A DNA stretch of 52,638 nucleotides from the IMG/VR virus record IMGVR_UViG_3300033155_001652, positions 1-52,638 of that record, one strand, 5' to 3'. Both the position numbers and the translations under genes were made by a program. Source of the DNA: a virus. Taxonomy: Duplodnaviria > Caudoviricetes. Of this stretch, positions 43,818 to 52,638 are shown in pieces; the stretch's first letter is position 1, and each line of letters begins with the position of its first letter. The notes beneath the pieces were generated by a model. It did no database searches and was not told the DNA's origin. It saw only the letters and a program-made list of their open reading frames with translations.

Positions 43818-45917
43818 TTATATAACCTTAAAACACCTTCTTATGACCTGACCGCTTGTCAGTGAATCCGTTGCTACATCATGATTAACGAGAACAACCG
43901 ATCCATCAGCCGGAACACCCGTCATATCACCAACCGAGATTGTATAAGGCTGTCCACCAGGATTTGATATCGTTGATTTTGTTGATATCAACTCGTCGTT
44001 GGGAAGCCCATGATAGAGAGATATCGTAGCTGTTCCGCCACCATAACATCTCAGAGATATCAACTCTTTGTTGATCGCAGGAGTGACGCCGACAATGATT
44101 GCGTTCTTATCACCCTTGCGGAATTCGCGGCCACCACCACCAAGAGATTCATCTGCTATGGATAGCGACCCAAAACCACTGGTCCCGACATGCGTAGGGC
44201 CGACAAGTTTTCGGCAAGGGCCGCTTGTGGGAGTAGTCGGGAACGAGCTTGCAGCATAAGTCCCTGCTCGCTGAAGAATCACCCTGTTTGGGGTTGTCGC
44301 TGTGCCTCTGAACTTAAAGATTCTCTCGTCAGAAGTTAAGCCTATATAGTCCTGTTTGTCAACTAAACCAGCAAGAGTAGGATCAGCGCCCCCGACAGTG
44401 TTGAAGTAAAATCTTTCTTCACTACCAAGAGCAGCCGCAGTAGTCCAATCAATTTGAAAAGCTGTTATAGCAACCCATGGATCGCCCCATTCCATTACTT
44501 CAACTGTTGGTGAGCCAGATCCAGCAGTGCCTGCATCTGGCATGGCATAGATTAGCATCTTGTCCTGACCGCTTGGGCTATTTGCCGTTTGGTCGCGAAT
44601 ACACCTCAGTCGGGGGTAAGTCCCTAGACTCCCCCCAACATTCACTTTTAGGTCGGATACCGGCCAGAATACTTGACATAAGCGTTCACCACGATCCACA
44701 TTGGTATAGCTCCCACCGGAAAATGAACGCTGATTATCACAGCTAATAACGCCAGCTTTCTCAGTGAATGTAAATATCCACCAGCCAGTACTGCCAGTCC
44801 TTATCCAACCAGCAATAGCAACCCAGAGCTTCCCTCCTTGCTCGAATATCATATTTCCAGCGTTTACTGCCGTGTTCCAGTCTGGATAAAGCGCCACGGA
44901 CCACCCATCAAATCGACAACCTGACACCTGACCCCAGGCACCACCTGTCAATTCACTGAGTTGACTATCCTCCCCATTGGAGTTGTTCATGAACATGAAT
45001 ATGCGGCTCTTCCATTCGCAGCAGGTGTATGCGCCACAATGTTCATTCCAAATGTGGTTACACATATTTACGCCAACTTGAATACCGTATGCTTGGGTTG
45101 TCGGGTTAAAGCTAACGGTGCAATAACTGGTATTCGACGTTTCATGACTACAGGCAACATATATCGTGTCATTGATAACCGTAGATCTTCCCCAAAGATC
45201 AGACCTTGAGGAGTTAAAGGTTCCAATAAGCGCCTCGGTCCAAACCCCTGTTTCTATATCCAGATCAACCCCGTAGACATTGGTATTTGAAGCATGGTGA
45301 TACATGCACCCAATGCCCATCTTGTCGTTGATAGTCATCGAGTGAAGCCCTGAAGTGGGAATTGGCCGACCACTCACTGAGCTTGTGTGAACAACCTTCC
45401 ATTCTCCGAGTTCTGCCGCTGCCCCGCCTTGAAACGCCGCTTCTGTTGTTGTCGCTGCTCCTGTTCCTGATCCTGATGCAATCGTAATAACTTCGCCAGA
45501 ACCGATTGCTGTCCCTGTGGTGAATTTCAAGACAATAAAAGTATCTGTCGCAACCCCAGCCTCAATGAATGTGCCGGTTGCACCTCCGCTTGCTGTCCAA
45601 GTATCCCCGGCAGCAAAACCGTGAAATCCTGCTTGAGTCGTTGTGTAGCTCCCGACATTGCATTTATAGGCAAGCGGGTCAAATTCATAAAACCTATAGG
45701 GCAGAAGCACTCCTGGCAGTGATGAGGAGCAATGAACCGCATAGGCTTTGCCTCCTACCTGACAAGCTCTGTTTTCGCCGTTGAGAGCCGAACCAACAGA
45801 AGCAGCAATCGGAGTTTCACGATGGAAATTCCCACCGATCTGGCTTATGGTAAGAACATCGACACCATAGCAGGCCACGGTGGTATCTCTGTAGTCCATC
45901 ATTAAATACTGAGTCAT
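43818..45917 (-). CDS. Putative tail/receptor-binding protein, paralog 2
   Basis: Start MTQYL 45917 (ATGA overlap); Gly/Thr/Trp-rich, beta-propeller-like; colinear with 45914..48001. Confidence 0.6.
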   Translation of the reverse strand: MTQYLMMDYRDTTVACYGVDVLTISQIGGNFHRETPIAASVGSALNGENRACQVGGKAYAVHCSSSLPGVLLPYRFYEFDPLAYKCNVGSYTTTQAGFHGFAAGDTWTASGGATGTFIEAGVATDTFIVLKFTTGTAIGSGEVITIASGSGTGAATTTEAAFQGGAAAELGEWKVVHTSSVSGRPIPTSGLHSMTINDKMGIGCMYHHASNTNVYGVDLDIETGVWTEALIGTFNSSRSDLWGRSTVINDTIYVACSHETSNTSYCTVSFNPTTQAYGIQVGVNMCNHIWNEHCGAYTCCEWKSRIFMFMNNSNGEDSQLSELTGGAWGQVSGCRFDGWSVALYPDWNTAVNAGNMIFEQGGKLWVAIAGWIRTGSTGWWIFTFTEKAGVISCDNQRSFSGGSYTNVDRGERLCQVFWPVSDLKVNVGGSLGTYPRLRCIRDQTANSPSGQDKMLIYAMPDAGTAGSGSPTVEVMEWGDPWVAITAFQIDWTTAAALGSEERFYFNTVGGADPTLAGLVDKQDYIGLTSDERIFKFRGTATTPNRVILQRAGTYAASSFPTTPTSGPCRKLVGPTHVGTSGFGSLSIADESLGGGGREFRKGDKNAIIVGVTPAINKELISLRCYGGGTATISLYHGLPNDELISTKSTISNPGGQPYTISVGDMTGVPADGSVVLVNHDVATDSLTSGQVIRRCFKVI

Positions 45918-48001
45918 GATGCAATTCCTATACAACGTTTAATTACGTCACCGTCAGAAATACTATCGGTAACAGTTTCATGATAGACCAGAATCTCAGT
46001 ACCATTGGCCGGGACATTATCCATATCCTTGCCGTTCACAGACCAAACCTGGGCCGGGACTGTAACTGGCAATGAAATTGTTGATTGCGTTGACACAAAT
46101 CCCCCGCTTGCGAGGGAATGGTAAAGCGAAGCCGTAACAGTGCCGCCACCGCTGAACTTCATGCTTATTAGCTCTCTGTTGGTGTCTGGCGTTGCGCCCG
46201 TAATGATTCCTGACTTATCATCCTTGCGGAATTCTCGACCGCCGCCGCCGATTTGCTCATCGGGTAGAGCAAGAGCAGCAACACCACCAGTTGTTCCGAT
46301 AACAGGAATAGGAGTCACGAGCTTTCGGCAAGCGCCTGACGCAACCGTAGGCCAATCTGGGGTTGTCTTGGCGTAATAAAAAACATCAACTGTTGATGAT
46401 GTTACATTGTCCCCGTCAACACAGAATATGCGCCCATCGGAGGTTAAGCCTATCCAATCATGCGGAGCGTTACCACTATTAGAAAGCTCTGTCGTCGGAT
46501 CGCCGCTGGCTACAGTAAGTGTATAACGCCGATAACTAGCGTCCACTAACACAGGAGTAATCGACCAGTTAATCTGGAAAGTCAGATTCGTAAACGGATT
46601 TCCCCATTTTAGGACTTGAGCCGGTCCTCCATTCGCGTCAGGAATCCCATACATTAAAATCTCATCTTGACCACTGGGAGCATTCCCTGTTTGGTCGCGC
46701 ATGACTGTTAAACGCGCACCGATTACAAGACCTGCTCCGTAATAAACAGACATCCCTGACAAGGGGAGAAGCGAAGCTGAGAGGCGTTCTTCAAGGCCAA
46801 ATTGAGAAGCTGATGGGGCAATAGTATGGCTACGCATATTATCACACGTAATAGTGCCTGACTTTTCAGTAAAGGCTAGGACAAACCAACCAACTGTTCC
46901 TTGGTTCCACTTTCTTCCAGGTATAAAGACCCAGAGTTTACCGCCGTTTTCAACCAGTTGCGCTCCGAAATATGTCTGGGTTTCAAAATAGGGCCATCCG
47001 GTATTGGTGATACCATTGATGTAACACAATTGGACATGATACCAACCTGCGCCTGAAAGCTCGATTAAAGCCCCGTCACCGGGATTATTCCATGTGGTAG
47101 CGGAAAAGATTCTCCCCTTCCACTCACATACATGGTAGCAACCATTACCAAGAATCGAAGACGTATGTAGGACATTCAAACCGTATTGCTTCCCCCAAGC
47201 TTCGGTCGTGGGATTGTAAGCCATAGTCATGAAGTACTGGTTGCCGATATCGGTTACAGCGGTCATATAAATGGTGTCGTTGATAACCGTGGAAGCTCCC
47301 CATTTATCAAAGTTGCTGTTAGTGTAATTTCCGATAACACCGGGAGATTGGGTCCAGACATCCGTTTCAACGTCATAGTTAATCCCATAGATATTGGTAG
47401 AACTAGCTTGTTGGAAGAAGCTGCCAATACCCATCTTATCGCTTACGATCATCGAATGAAGGCCGCAATAAGACCCTGGCGAACCATTAAAACTTGAGGT
47501 GAAAACAGCCTTCCATTCGCCCAATTCATTCCTTGCGCCACCTTGCGCGGCTGCTTCAGTAGTAGTAGCTTGGAAGGCCACGCCAGAACCCAATCCAGAA
47601 GTGATGACAGCACCGCTTGCAATTGTACCGCTGGCAATATTCAGAAGGACATGTGTGTCACCAGTCACTCCTGACTCGATGAATGTCCCACTTGCGCCTG
47701 GGGAAGCCCAGGCTGTACCGGCCACAAAGGTTAAGAAACTGCCGCCTATCGACCCAATCGAAACCTTGTAAGCAGTCCCGTCAAATTGGTATATCCGATG
47801 AGGACTGCTTGTCGTCGAGCAATGCTGGGCAAAGGTCCGGCCATAAATCTGGCAAACTCTATTCATCCCTGAATGATAGTTACCTTCGGGCAGATCAGTC
47901 TCACGATGGAAATCCCCGCCGATTTGACTGACTGTCGCCCCGTCAATGCCGTAAACGGCTACGGTTGTCTCTTTATAATCGAGTGCCAAATACTGCGTCA
48001 T
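45914..48001 (-). CDS. Putative tail/receptor-binding protein, paralog 1
   Basis: Shares MTQYL..DY..TTVA.YG.D, ELGEWK, STVINDTIY, CEWK.RIF, PSGQD, GGGGREFRK with its neighbour. Confidence 0.6.
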   Translation of the reverse strand: MTQYLALDYKETTVAVYGIDGATVSQIGGDFHRETDLPEGNYHSGMNRVCQIYGRTFAQHCSTTSSPHRIYQFDGTAYKVSIGSIGGSFLTFVAGTAWASPGASGTFIESGVTGDTHVLLNIASGTIASGAVITSGLGSGVAFQATTTEAAAQGGARNELGEWKAVFTSSFNGSPGSYCGLHSMIVSDKMGIGSFFQQASSTNIYGINYDVETDVWTQSPGVIGNYTNSNFDKWGASTVINDTIYMTAVTDIGNQYFMTMAYNPTTEAWGKQYGLNVLHTSSILGNGCYHVCEWKGRIFSATTWNNPGDGALIELSGAGWYHVQLCYINGITNTGWPYFETQTYFGAQLVENGGKLWVFIPGRKWNQGTVGWFVLAFTEKSGTITCDNMRSHTIAPSASQFGLEERLSASLLPLSGMSVYYGAGLVIGARLTVMRDQTGNAPSGQDEILMYGIPDANGGPAQVLKWGNPFTNLTFQINWSITPVLVDASYRRYTLTVASGDPTTELSNSGNAPHDWIGLTSDGRIFCVDGDNVTSSTVDVFYYAKTTPDWPTVASGACRKLVTPIPVIGTTGGVAALALPDEQIGGGGREFRKDDKSGIITGATPDTNRELISMKFSGGGTVTASLYHSLASGGFVSTQSTISLPVTVPAQVWSVNGKDMDNVPANGTEILVYHETVTDSISDGDVIKRCIGIAS

Positions 48002-48285
48002 TATTCATCTCCTGAATCCACAACTGGGATGGGGTCGCCCATATCAACAATCGCTGTTATCTGAACGGTCACGCCGCTATGTTCGTTCGGGGTTCTGCCC
48101 CAGAAATGCTCGTCCCAAATCTTAACTGTGTCACCTGCCTCGATCATGGCTCTTACCTGCGAAGCTGGCAGCAGATAATGATCATCGTAGACAGTGTCGT
48201 TATGGGTTTGAACGCAGACAGTTGTAGCCTCATCGATGGTCACGTTTGCCGTGCCAGAGTTATCGTATTCAATCGAGTATCTCAT
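48001..48285 (-). CDS. Hypothetical protein
   Basis: TAATG overlap with the downstream gene. Confidence 0.6.
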   Translation of the reverse strand: MRYSIEYDNSGTANVTIDEATTVCVQTHNDTVYDDHYLLPASQVRAMIEAGDTVKIWDEHFWGRTPNEHSGVTVQITAIVDMGDPIPVVDSGDE

Positions 48286-48322
48286 ATTTTATTCCTATCA
48301 AACTTATCCTAGAAATTCATAT

Positions 48323-48742
48323 TCACGGTAAAAACTCAGCCATCACCATCAAACCTTTCGGCGCGGTAGCCGATATGGACGTGACATCAATACGAATAAT
48401 GTAATCTGTCTGTACAAGTATGTTACCAGCACCCGCCAAGGTACCAGAGCCGTTAATTCCGCCCGTGGCTATAACAATACCAGAGCCGGTTAGCATAGGT
48501 AGGTTACCGGGAGTTTCATTGACAAGCATAATATTAGTGGTTCCAGACACAGCGCCAATAGTACCTGTTACATAAGCCACTGCTCGCGAGAGCGAGAACC
48601 CATTAAGAGCAGAAGGAATCGCGAAGTTACCAACGTCGGTGCCTGTTGCTACAAAGTCCGTGGGCGCGAAGAGGAGAACTTGTATCGCCCCGTTGGAAGC
48701 GCCGCCACCGCCAGCGCCAATACTGTCTAATAAAGATCCCAT
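48323..48742 (-). CDS. Probable virion protein (Gly-rich N-terminus, beta-sandwich)
   Basis: GAGGGGA..; C-terminal IIRIDVT..PKGLMV pattern typical of phage fibre-associated domains. Confidence 0.6.
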   Translation of the reverse strand: MGSLLDSIGAGGGGASNGAIQVLLFAPTDFVATGTDVGNFAIPSALNGFSLSRAVAYVTGTIGAVSGTTNIMLVNETPGNLPMLTGSGIVIATGGINGSGTLAGAGNILVQTDYIIRIDVTSISATAPKGLMVMAEFLP

Positions 48743-48754
48743 ATCTCCACTCTC

Positions 48755-49186
48755 TTAACTAAAGACTAACGGCGAATATTCCAGAACCAGACGGTGTATA
48801 TAATTTCTGCCTGCTACACCAGTCATCCTCACCCTCAACTCTTGACTGGCAACATCAATCGAGAGTCGTATCAACCCCGCTGAAGCACCGTTGAAAGTAT
48901 CCGGTGCCGCGCTCGCAGTCCCATTATGTACCGTGAAAACACCGGAATTACCAACATCCTCAATCACTGAACCGAGCCACTGAAAAGTTGCGAAATCCCC
49001 GCCTGACACATCCCCTACGCTTATGATTCTGATGTTACATAGATAGCCGCCCTCCACGACGGGCGTGAATAAACTCCCAAAACTCGTGGGAGTCGCATCA
49101 AACGTGGTAATCTCCTTCTCAACAATGGTCATCCCTGCTGATGAGCCGCCACCTCCGCCACTTCCTCCTCTACTGAAATTACTCAT
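48755..49186 (-). CDS. Probable virion protein (Gly-rich N-terminus)
   Basis: GGSGGGGGSS; TTFDATPT..LRVRMTGVAG. Confidence 0.6.
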   Translation of the reverse strand: MSNFSRGGSGGGGGSSAGMTIVEKEITTFDATPTSFGSLFTPVVEGGYLCNIRIISVGDVSGGDFATFQWLGSVIEDVGNSGVFTVHNGTASAAPDTFNGASAGLIRLSIDVASQELRVRMTGVAGRNYIHRLVLEYSPLVFS

Positions 49187-49189
49187 AAA

Positions 49190-49567
49190 TCACCACACCA
49201 ATAAGCGATAAGATTCGCCGCCAGCAGTGCCGCGTAACCATATCTGTTGAGTCTTGATAAAATCGAAGACGATGTTCTCCTGAGCTTTCAACTCAAAATG
49301 ATCATTCAAGCCGTCCAGACTAATAAAAATAGCAGCCCCTCCGGTCGCCTGATCGTTTATGTACTGCAACCCTTGAGACGTAAAACCCCCTGTTGTCGGA
49401 TAAGTAACAGAAGGTGTCGCGGCTATGGCAACGTCATCCTTAAAAACAAGCGGAGTACCATAAGCAGCAGTAAGAGCCAATCCCGCCAATCCGCTTGGTG
49501 TAGTACCACCGTCTTGACGAAAAAGCATATAGGATCGAATGCCGTGTAGATTAGTTAGGAGTGTCAT
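49190..49567 (-). CDS. Probable virion protein
   Basis: GGGGAG RBS; small beta-sandwich pattern IND..IFISLDG..ELKAQE..IWLRG. Confidence 0.6.
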   Translation of the reverse strand: MTLLTNLHGIRSYMLFRQDGGTTPSGLAGLALTAAYGTPLVFKDDVAIAATPSVTYPTTGGFTSQGLQYINDQATGGAAIFISLDGLNDHFELKAQENIVFDFIKTQQIWLRGTAGGESYRLLVW

Positions 49568-49646
49568 TTTTCTCCCCGTTCAAAAGGACGGTAAATTTCC
49601 ATATAGATATTATAACCCCAAAAGCAATTTATGACACAACCAGGGT

Positions 49647-50366
49647 TTAGGTACCGGCTCTATTAAAGTTATATTTCTTTAGGATCTGTGAGTCTTCGTA
49701 AATCTCGCGCCCAACAAATTTAATCTGCGATCCTCCTCCCTTGGAACCTGTTTGAATTATCTCGCTAAAGCTAAGACTGGCAGTAACAACTCGCGGAATA
49801 CCGCTTGGAAACCACGAAACATAGTTCCACCCGACACTTTTAAGGATAACAACAACATCATCGATGTATCGCCCAAGGTTTGATCCTGGGAAAGTCAAAA
49901 CTAACTTTGGTGGGGGCTTAACTCTACCATTCTCGCCATTCTTGGGATAACTAGGTAGCTTAAAAGACTCAAGACGCGCAATCGCCGCTTTAATATCAAC
50001 GGTATATCGGGAAGAAGGTATATTTGAGTTTTTGGCCGCGCCGTTATCCTCAACCTCGCTTGTGAAAACAGCCTCGAAAGAAATTGTTCTTTCCCCTCCT
50101 CCTATATATTGATAAAGAGGATGAGAACCTCCTGGTATCGTCTTTGTTGAATACTCAACACCCCACTCATCTGATAAAGATTCCGGCCAATACTGGAAAA
50201 CGAAAGCTTTTCCACCAGCGATAGCGTGTTTGTGTCGCTCTGCATTATTGGTCGCACTATGAAACGCGAACTCGTAAGGGTATAAGTAACAAATTGCTTG
50301 CTTTGGTGGAGTGGCTAATTCAAATCGGTCTGGGGTGTTTACTGCTTCATAATTATCATCTGGCAT
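49647..50366 (-). CDS. Contractile-tail tube/baseplate initiator-like protein (P2 GpU / CIS tube-like)
   Basis: FVFQYWPESLSD..Y....IPGGSHPLYQYIGGGERTISFEAVF..PPKLVL..G.PR..A.LSF.E. Confidence 0.7.
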   Translation of the reverse strand: MPDDNYEAVNTPDRFELATPPKQAICYLYPYEFAFHSATNNAERHKHAIAGGKAFVFQYWPESLSDEWGVEYSTKTIPGGSHPLYQYIGGGERTISFEAVFTSEVEDNGAAKNSNIPSSRYTVDIKAAIARLESFKLPSYPKNGENGRVKPPPKLVLTFPGSNLGRYIDDVVVILKSVGWNYVSWFPSGIPRVVTASLSFSEIIQTGSKGGGSQIKFVGREIYEDSQILKKYNFNRAGT

Positions 50367-50401
50367 GATTAGCCCCTTCTATCAACTGCGCCGTCGCTTC
50401 A

Positions 50402-50710
50402 TCAGCCGATTCCAAGCTGTCCTTTTGAGGCTTTGAGGAGGTATTCGATGGCTCCTGGCACTAACTTTTTCAAAATAGGGTCCACCATAGAATCAGGAAC
50501 CCACGGGATATCGACTTCGTCAATAACATTATTAATGATACTAATTACTGTCTCTTTTTTTTCTTCTCCAGAAAGATCGTCAAGTTGTTCAACGATAGCC
50601 ATCGCTTTCGAGACAGAATTCCAGATATCAGAATATTGAAAGCCGTCGTCAAAAAGAGCAATGATTTCTTTGCCCGACTCCATAAGCCACTCGTTTGTCA
50701 CACCTGCCAT
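50402..50710 (-). CDS. Hypothetical protein
   Basis: Start MAGVTNE; LSGEEKKETV..DIPWVP..LVPGAIE. Confidence 0.6.
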   Translation of the reverse strand: MAGVTNEWLMESGKEIIALFDDGFQYSDIWNSVSKAMAIVEQLDDLSGEEKKETVISIINNVIDEVDIPWVPDSMVDPILKKLVPGAIEYLLKASKGQLGIG

Positions 50711-50729
50711 GATATTTAAGTTCCTCTCT

Positions 50730-51182
50730 TCATTCGGGCGAAAGAGAGTCGATAGCGGCGTCCACAACCGTATCGACAAGCTTATCGCCCAATTCTCCTA
50801 AAACAGCCCCGCCAACGACACCGAGCGTAGAAGTTAAAATTAATTTGATCATCGGACCAGCTACAATCCCGAAGCCACTTAGCATCGTTCGTGCGCCCGT
50901 CGCCAACATTGCACCAATCTCATTACTCGCAACAATACCCTCGGTCGCCACGACATGAGCCAAAGATCCAAGCTTATCCTCGATCATCTCTACATAAAGA
51001 CGACGATCATCAACGTCATCAGCAGTTAGAGCATCAACCTTCAAATTTGTAAGCTCTATAGTTAGTTCTATAAGTCTCTCAGCCTTATCAGCTTGGATAA
51101 GGTCAATAACATCCGTTACAAACTGTTCCCCTGCTAACTTCGCAAGGTCTTTGAGTTGGCTAACAACTTCTTCTTTAGACAT
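50730..51182 (-). CDS. Hypothetical protein with C-terminal hydrophobic helices
   Basis: GFGIVAGPMIKLILTSTLGVVGGAVLG. Confidence 0.6.
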   Translation of the reverse strand: MSKEEVVSQLKDLAKLAGEQFVTDVIDLIQADKAERLIELTIELTNLKVDALTADDVDDRRLYVEMIEDKLGSLAHVVATEGIVASNEIGAMLATGARTMLSGFGIVAGPMIKLILTSTLGVVGGAVLGELGDKLVDTVVDAAIDSLSPE

Positions 51183-51195
51183 CAGAACACCCTCT

Positions 51196-51492
51196 CTATT
51201 TATCCGTTGCCTTTGTCACAGCCTCTGCCGCCGATTTTTTAACATCTGGAAACGGCTTATCTTCTCCGAGCGCGACCGCCGCGTTGTTCTCGGCGTCCAT
51301 GAGCCTCTCAATGCGCGTGGTCAACACTTTCGCGCCCAACAACGGATCTTTAGAAAAGACTACACGACCCTTTTCGTAGTCGCGTGTTCGCATGTCTTTA
51401 ACTGTATTACGAAGCTCTTTAACTGTCGGCTCAAGATTCTTACATCCAACTAAAACAAAAAGCGCCAAAAACGCCAGTAAACTTATTCTCAT
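51196..51492 (-). CDS. Lipoprotein
   Basis: Signal MRISLLAFLALFVLVG-C with lipobox LVGC; GAGGAGG RBS. Confidence 0.75.
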   Translation of the reverse strand: MRISLLAFLALFVLVGCKNLEPTVKELRNTVKDMRTRDYEKGRVVFSKDPLLGAKVLTTRIERLMDAENNAAVALGEDKPFPDVKKSAAEAVTKATDK

Positions 51493-51521
51493 TATGGCCT
51501 CCTCTAATGACCTATGGTGTA

Positions 51522-52070
51522 TTACGAAAGACCCAGCTTAACAACCCCCAACGACTTCGGGTCTGATTCCACTTCGGGCATGATAATAATGTTAGCTAAA
51601 CCTTTTTCATCAACTTCGGGGGTAAAATTAACAACTTCCCACCCACTAGCACTTAAAACTATCTTACCCTTGTTAGGTTTAACCGAAGAGCCTGACACAC
51701 CTATCCAATATGTCTCGCCTCCTGTCGTTATTGCCACGTCATTGTTTACATCCCACTTTTGAAGGGTCAACGTCGCGGAGTTTGCCCCGTTTGAAGTCAT
51801 CTCATATATAGAAGGGACAAGAGTACCATCGCCCGACCATATTGCTTTAATCCACAGATCTAACGGATGGGTGTAGACTCCCTCGGAAGTAAAAGTGCCA
51901 CCAACTAACGGTCTCCCTTTATGAACAACGACATCCGCAGGAGGACTTTCGGCAAACGAAGCTGACCTTATGACTTCAGTTTCAGGAACGTCAACCCAGA
52001 GATTACCAGTTGCCACTGATAATACTTCATCATTAGAAATCTTTATTTTCATAAAAAAGGTAGTTGCCAT
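51522..52070 (-). CDS. Probable virion/tail-fibre-associated protein
   Basis: 182-aa beta-rich ORF directly after the fibre gene. Confidence 0.5.
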   Translation of the reverse strand: MATTFFMKIKISNDEVLSVATGNLWVDVPETEVIRSASFAESPPADVVVHKGRPLVGGTFTSEGVYTHPLDLWIKAIWSGDGTLVPSIYEMTSNGANSATLTLQKWDVNNDVAITTGGETYWIGVSGSSVKPNKGKIVLSASGWEVVNFTPEVDEKGLANIIIMPEVESDPKSLGVVKLGLS

Positions 52071-52073
52071 TTA

Positions 52074-52638
52074 TCACCTAATTCTAAAAGCACTAAACAG
52101 GTTCGTATCTACATTGCCGGACATGCTCCCTAGAGAAAGACCGACAATAAATACGTCTAAAGTGTCACCAGGTACCAACGACAGTACTATTCCGATATTT
52201 ACAGGGTGGGCGACGGGGAAACCAGCGGCTGAATTATTTCCGCTTCTAGCAGTGGCAACCTGAGTACCATTCAACCTCAAGTCTATCTCTGCGCTTCCGG
52301 TTCCGAGTCCAGCAAGATCAAATTCTGTCTTGACGAATACCCAGTAATCCCCTCCATGCCCAACAGGAACAGTTATTACTCCGGCTACTATTCGCCAGTT
52401 AGTAGCGAGAGCGCCAACAGCCGGAACATTTGGTCCTAAGCTACTCCATAGCACAGGCGCACCCAATCCCAAAGTGGAAATAGCGTTGGCAACTAATTGG
52501 GCGGGTGCATAGATATTAGTAATCCTAGTATCACTGCCTTGTACTGCGGTAAAATGAGAAGTTCCCCCATTGATAGCATAAAGCATATTACCGCGAATTG
52601 TCTCGGTTGCTTCGGGTTCACGACCTATCAAAGATTGA
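52074..52638 (-). CDS. Tail fibre C-terminal part with C1q/TNF-like domain (5'-truncated by window)
   Basis: Frame open to the window edge; ITVPVGHGGDYWV..IDLRLNG..LSLVPGDTLDVF..FSAFRI is the C1q-like pattern. Confidence 0.65.
   Translation of the reverse strand, partial: QSLIGREPEATETIRGNMLYAINGGTSHFTAVQGSDTRITNIYAPAQLVANAISTLGLGAPVLWSSLGPNVPAVGALATNWRIVAGVITVPVGHGGDYWVFVKTEFDLAGLGTGSAEIDLRLNGTQVATARSGNNSAAGFPVAHPVNIGIVLSLVPGDTLDVFIVGLSLGSMSGNVDTNLFSAFRIR

Noticed and set aside
533-52263. Plus-strand ORFs in the ORF track
   Set aside because: All are antisense shadows of longer minus-strand genes and have no recognisable motifs
1-52638. Stop-codon reassignment
   Set aside because: Core genes are intact in the standard code, and TAA, TAG and TGA all terminate genes at tight junctions

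Overview
This window is a 52.6-kb fragment of a large tailed dsDNA phage, probably with a contractile tail. Essentially all real genes lie on the minus strand. In transcription order (right to left) it contains five blocks. (1) A virion/structural block at 52.6-40.9 kb: a C1q-like fibre tip, a lipoprotein, a tail-tube-initiator-like protein, two paralogous ~700-aa adhesin-like proteins and an inserted DNA methyltransferase. (2) An early/accessory block at 40.6-32.0 kb of small ORFs, most of them bounded by a conserved hairpin+RBS repeat. (3) A complete replication/recombination block at 31.6-16.3 kb: initiator with internal iterons, DnaC-like loader, DnaB, primase, CobS/CobT-like pair, SSB, HU, family A polymerase, SF2 helicase and RecA. 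(4) Nucleotide-metabolism and nuclease genes: class II RNR, adenine MTase, Cas4-like exonuclease and RuvC. (5) A sigma factor, a ParB-like gene and the terminase genes. The most unusual non-coding signals are a gene-cassette-like repeat array (33.8-40.2 kb), a perfectly 5-nt-periodic GGY-NN array behind recA (16961-17010), a putative antisense 3x44-nt pseudoknot-repeat RNA upstream of the initiator (31.6-31.9 kb), two families of phage-specific promoter motifs, and duplication scars that link the 42-43 kb MTase to a gene at 10.6-10.9 kb. All functional calls come from motif recognition by eye; no database searches were run.
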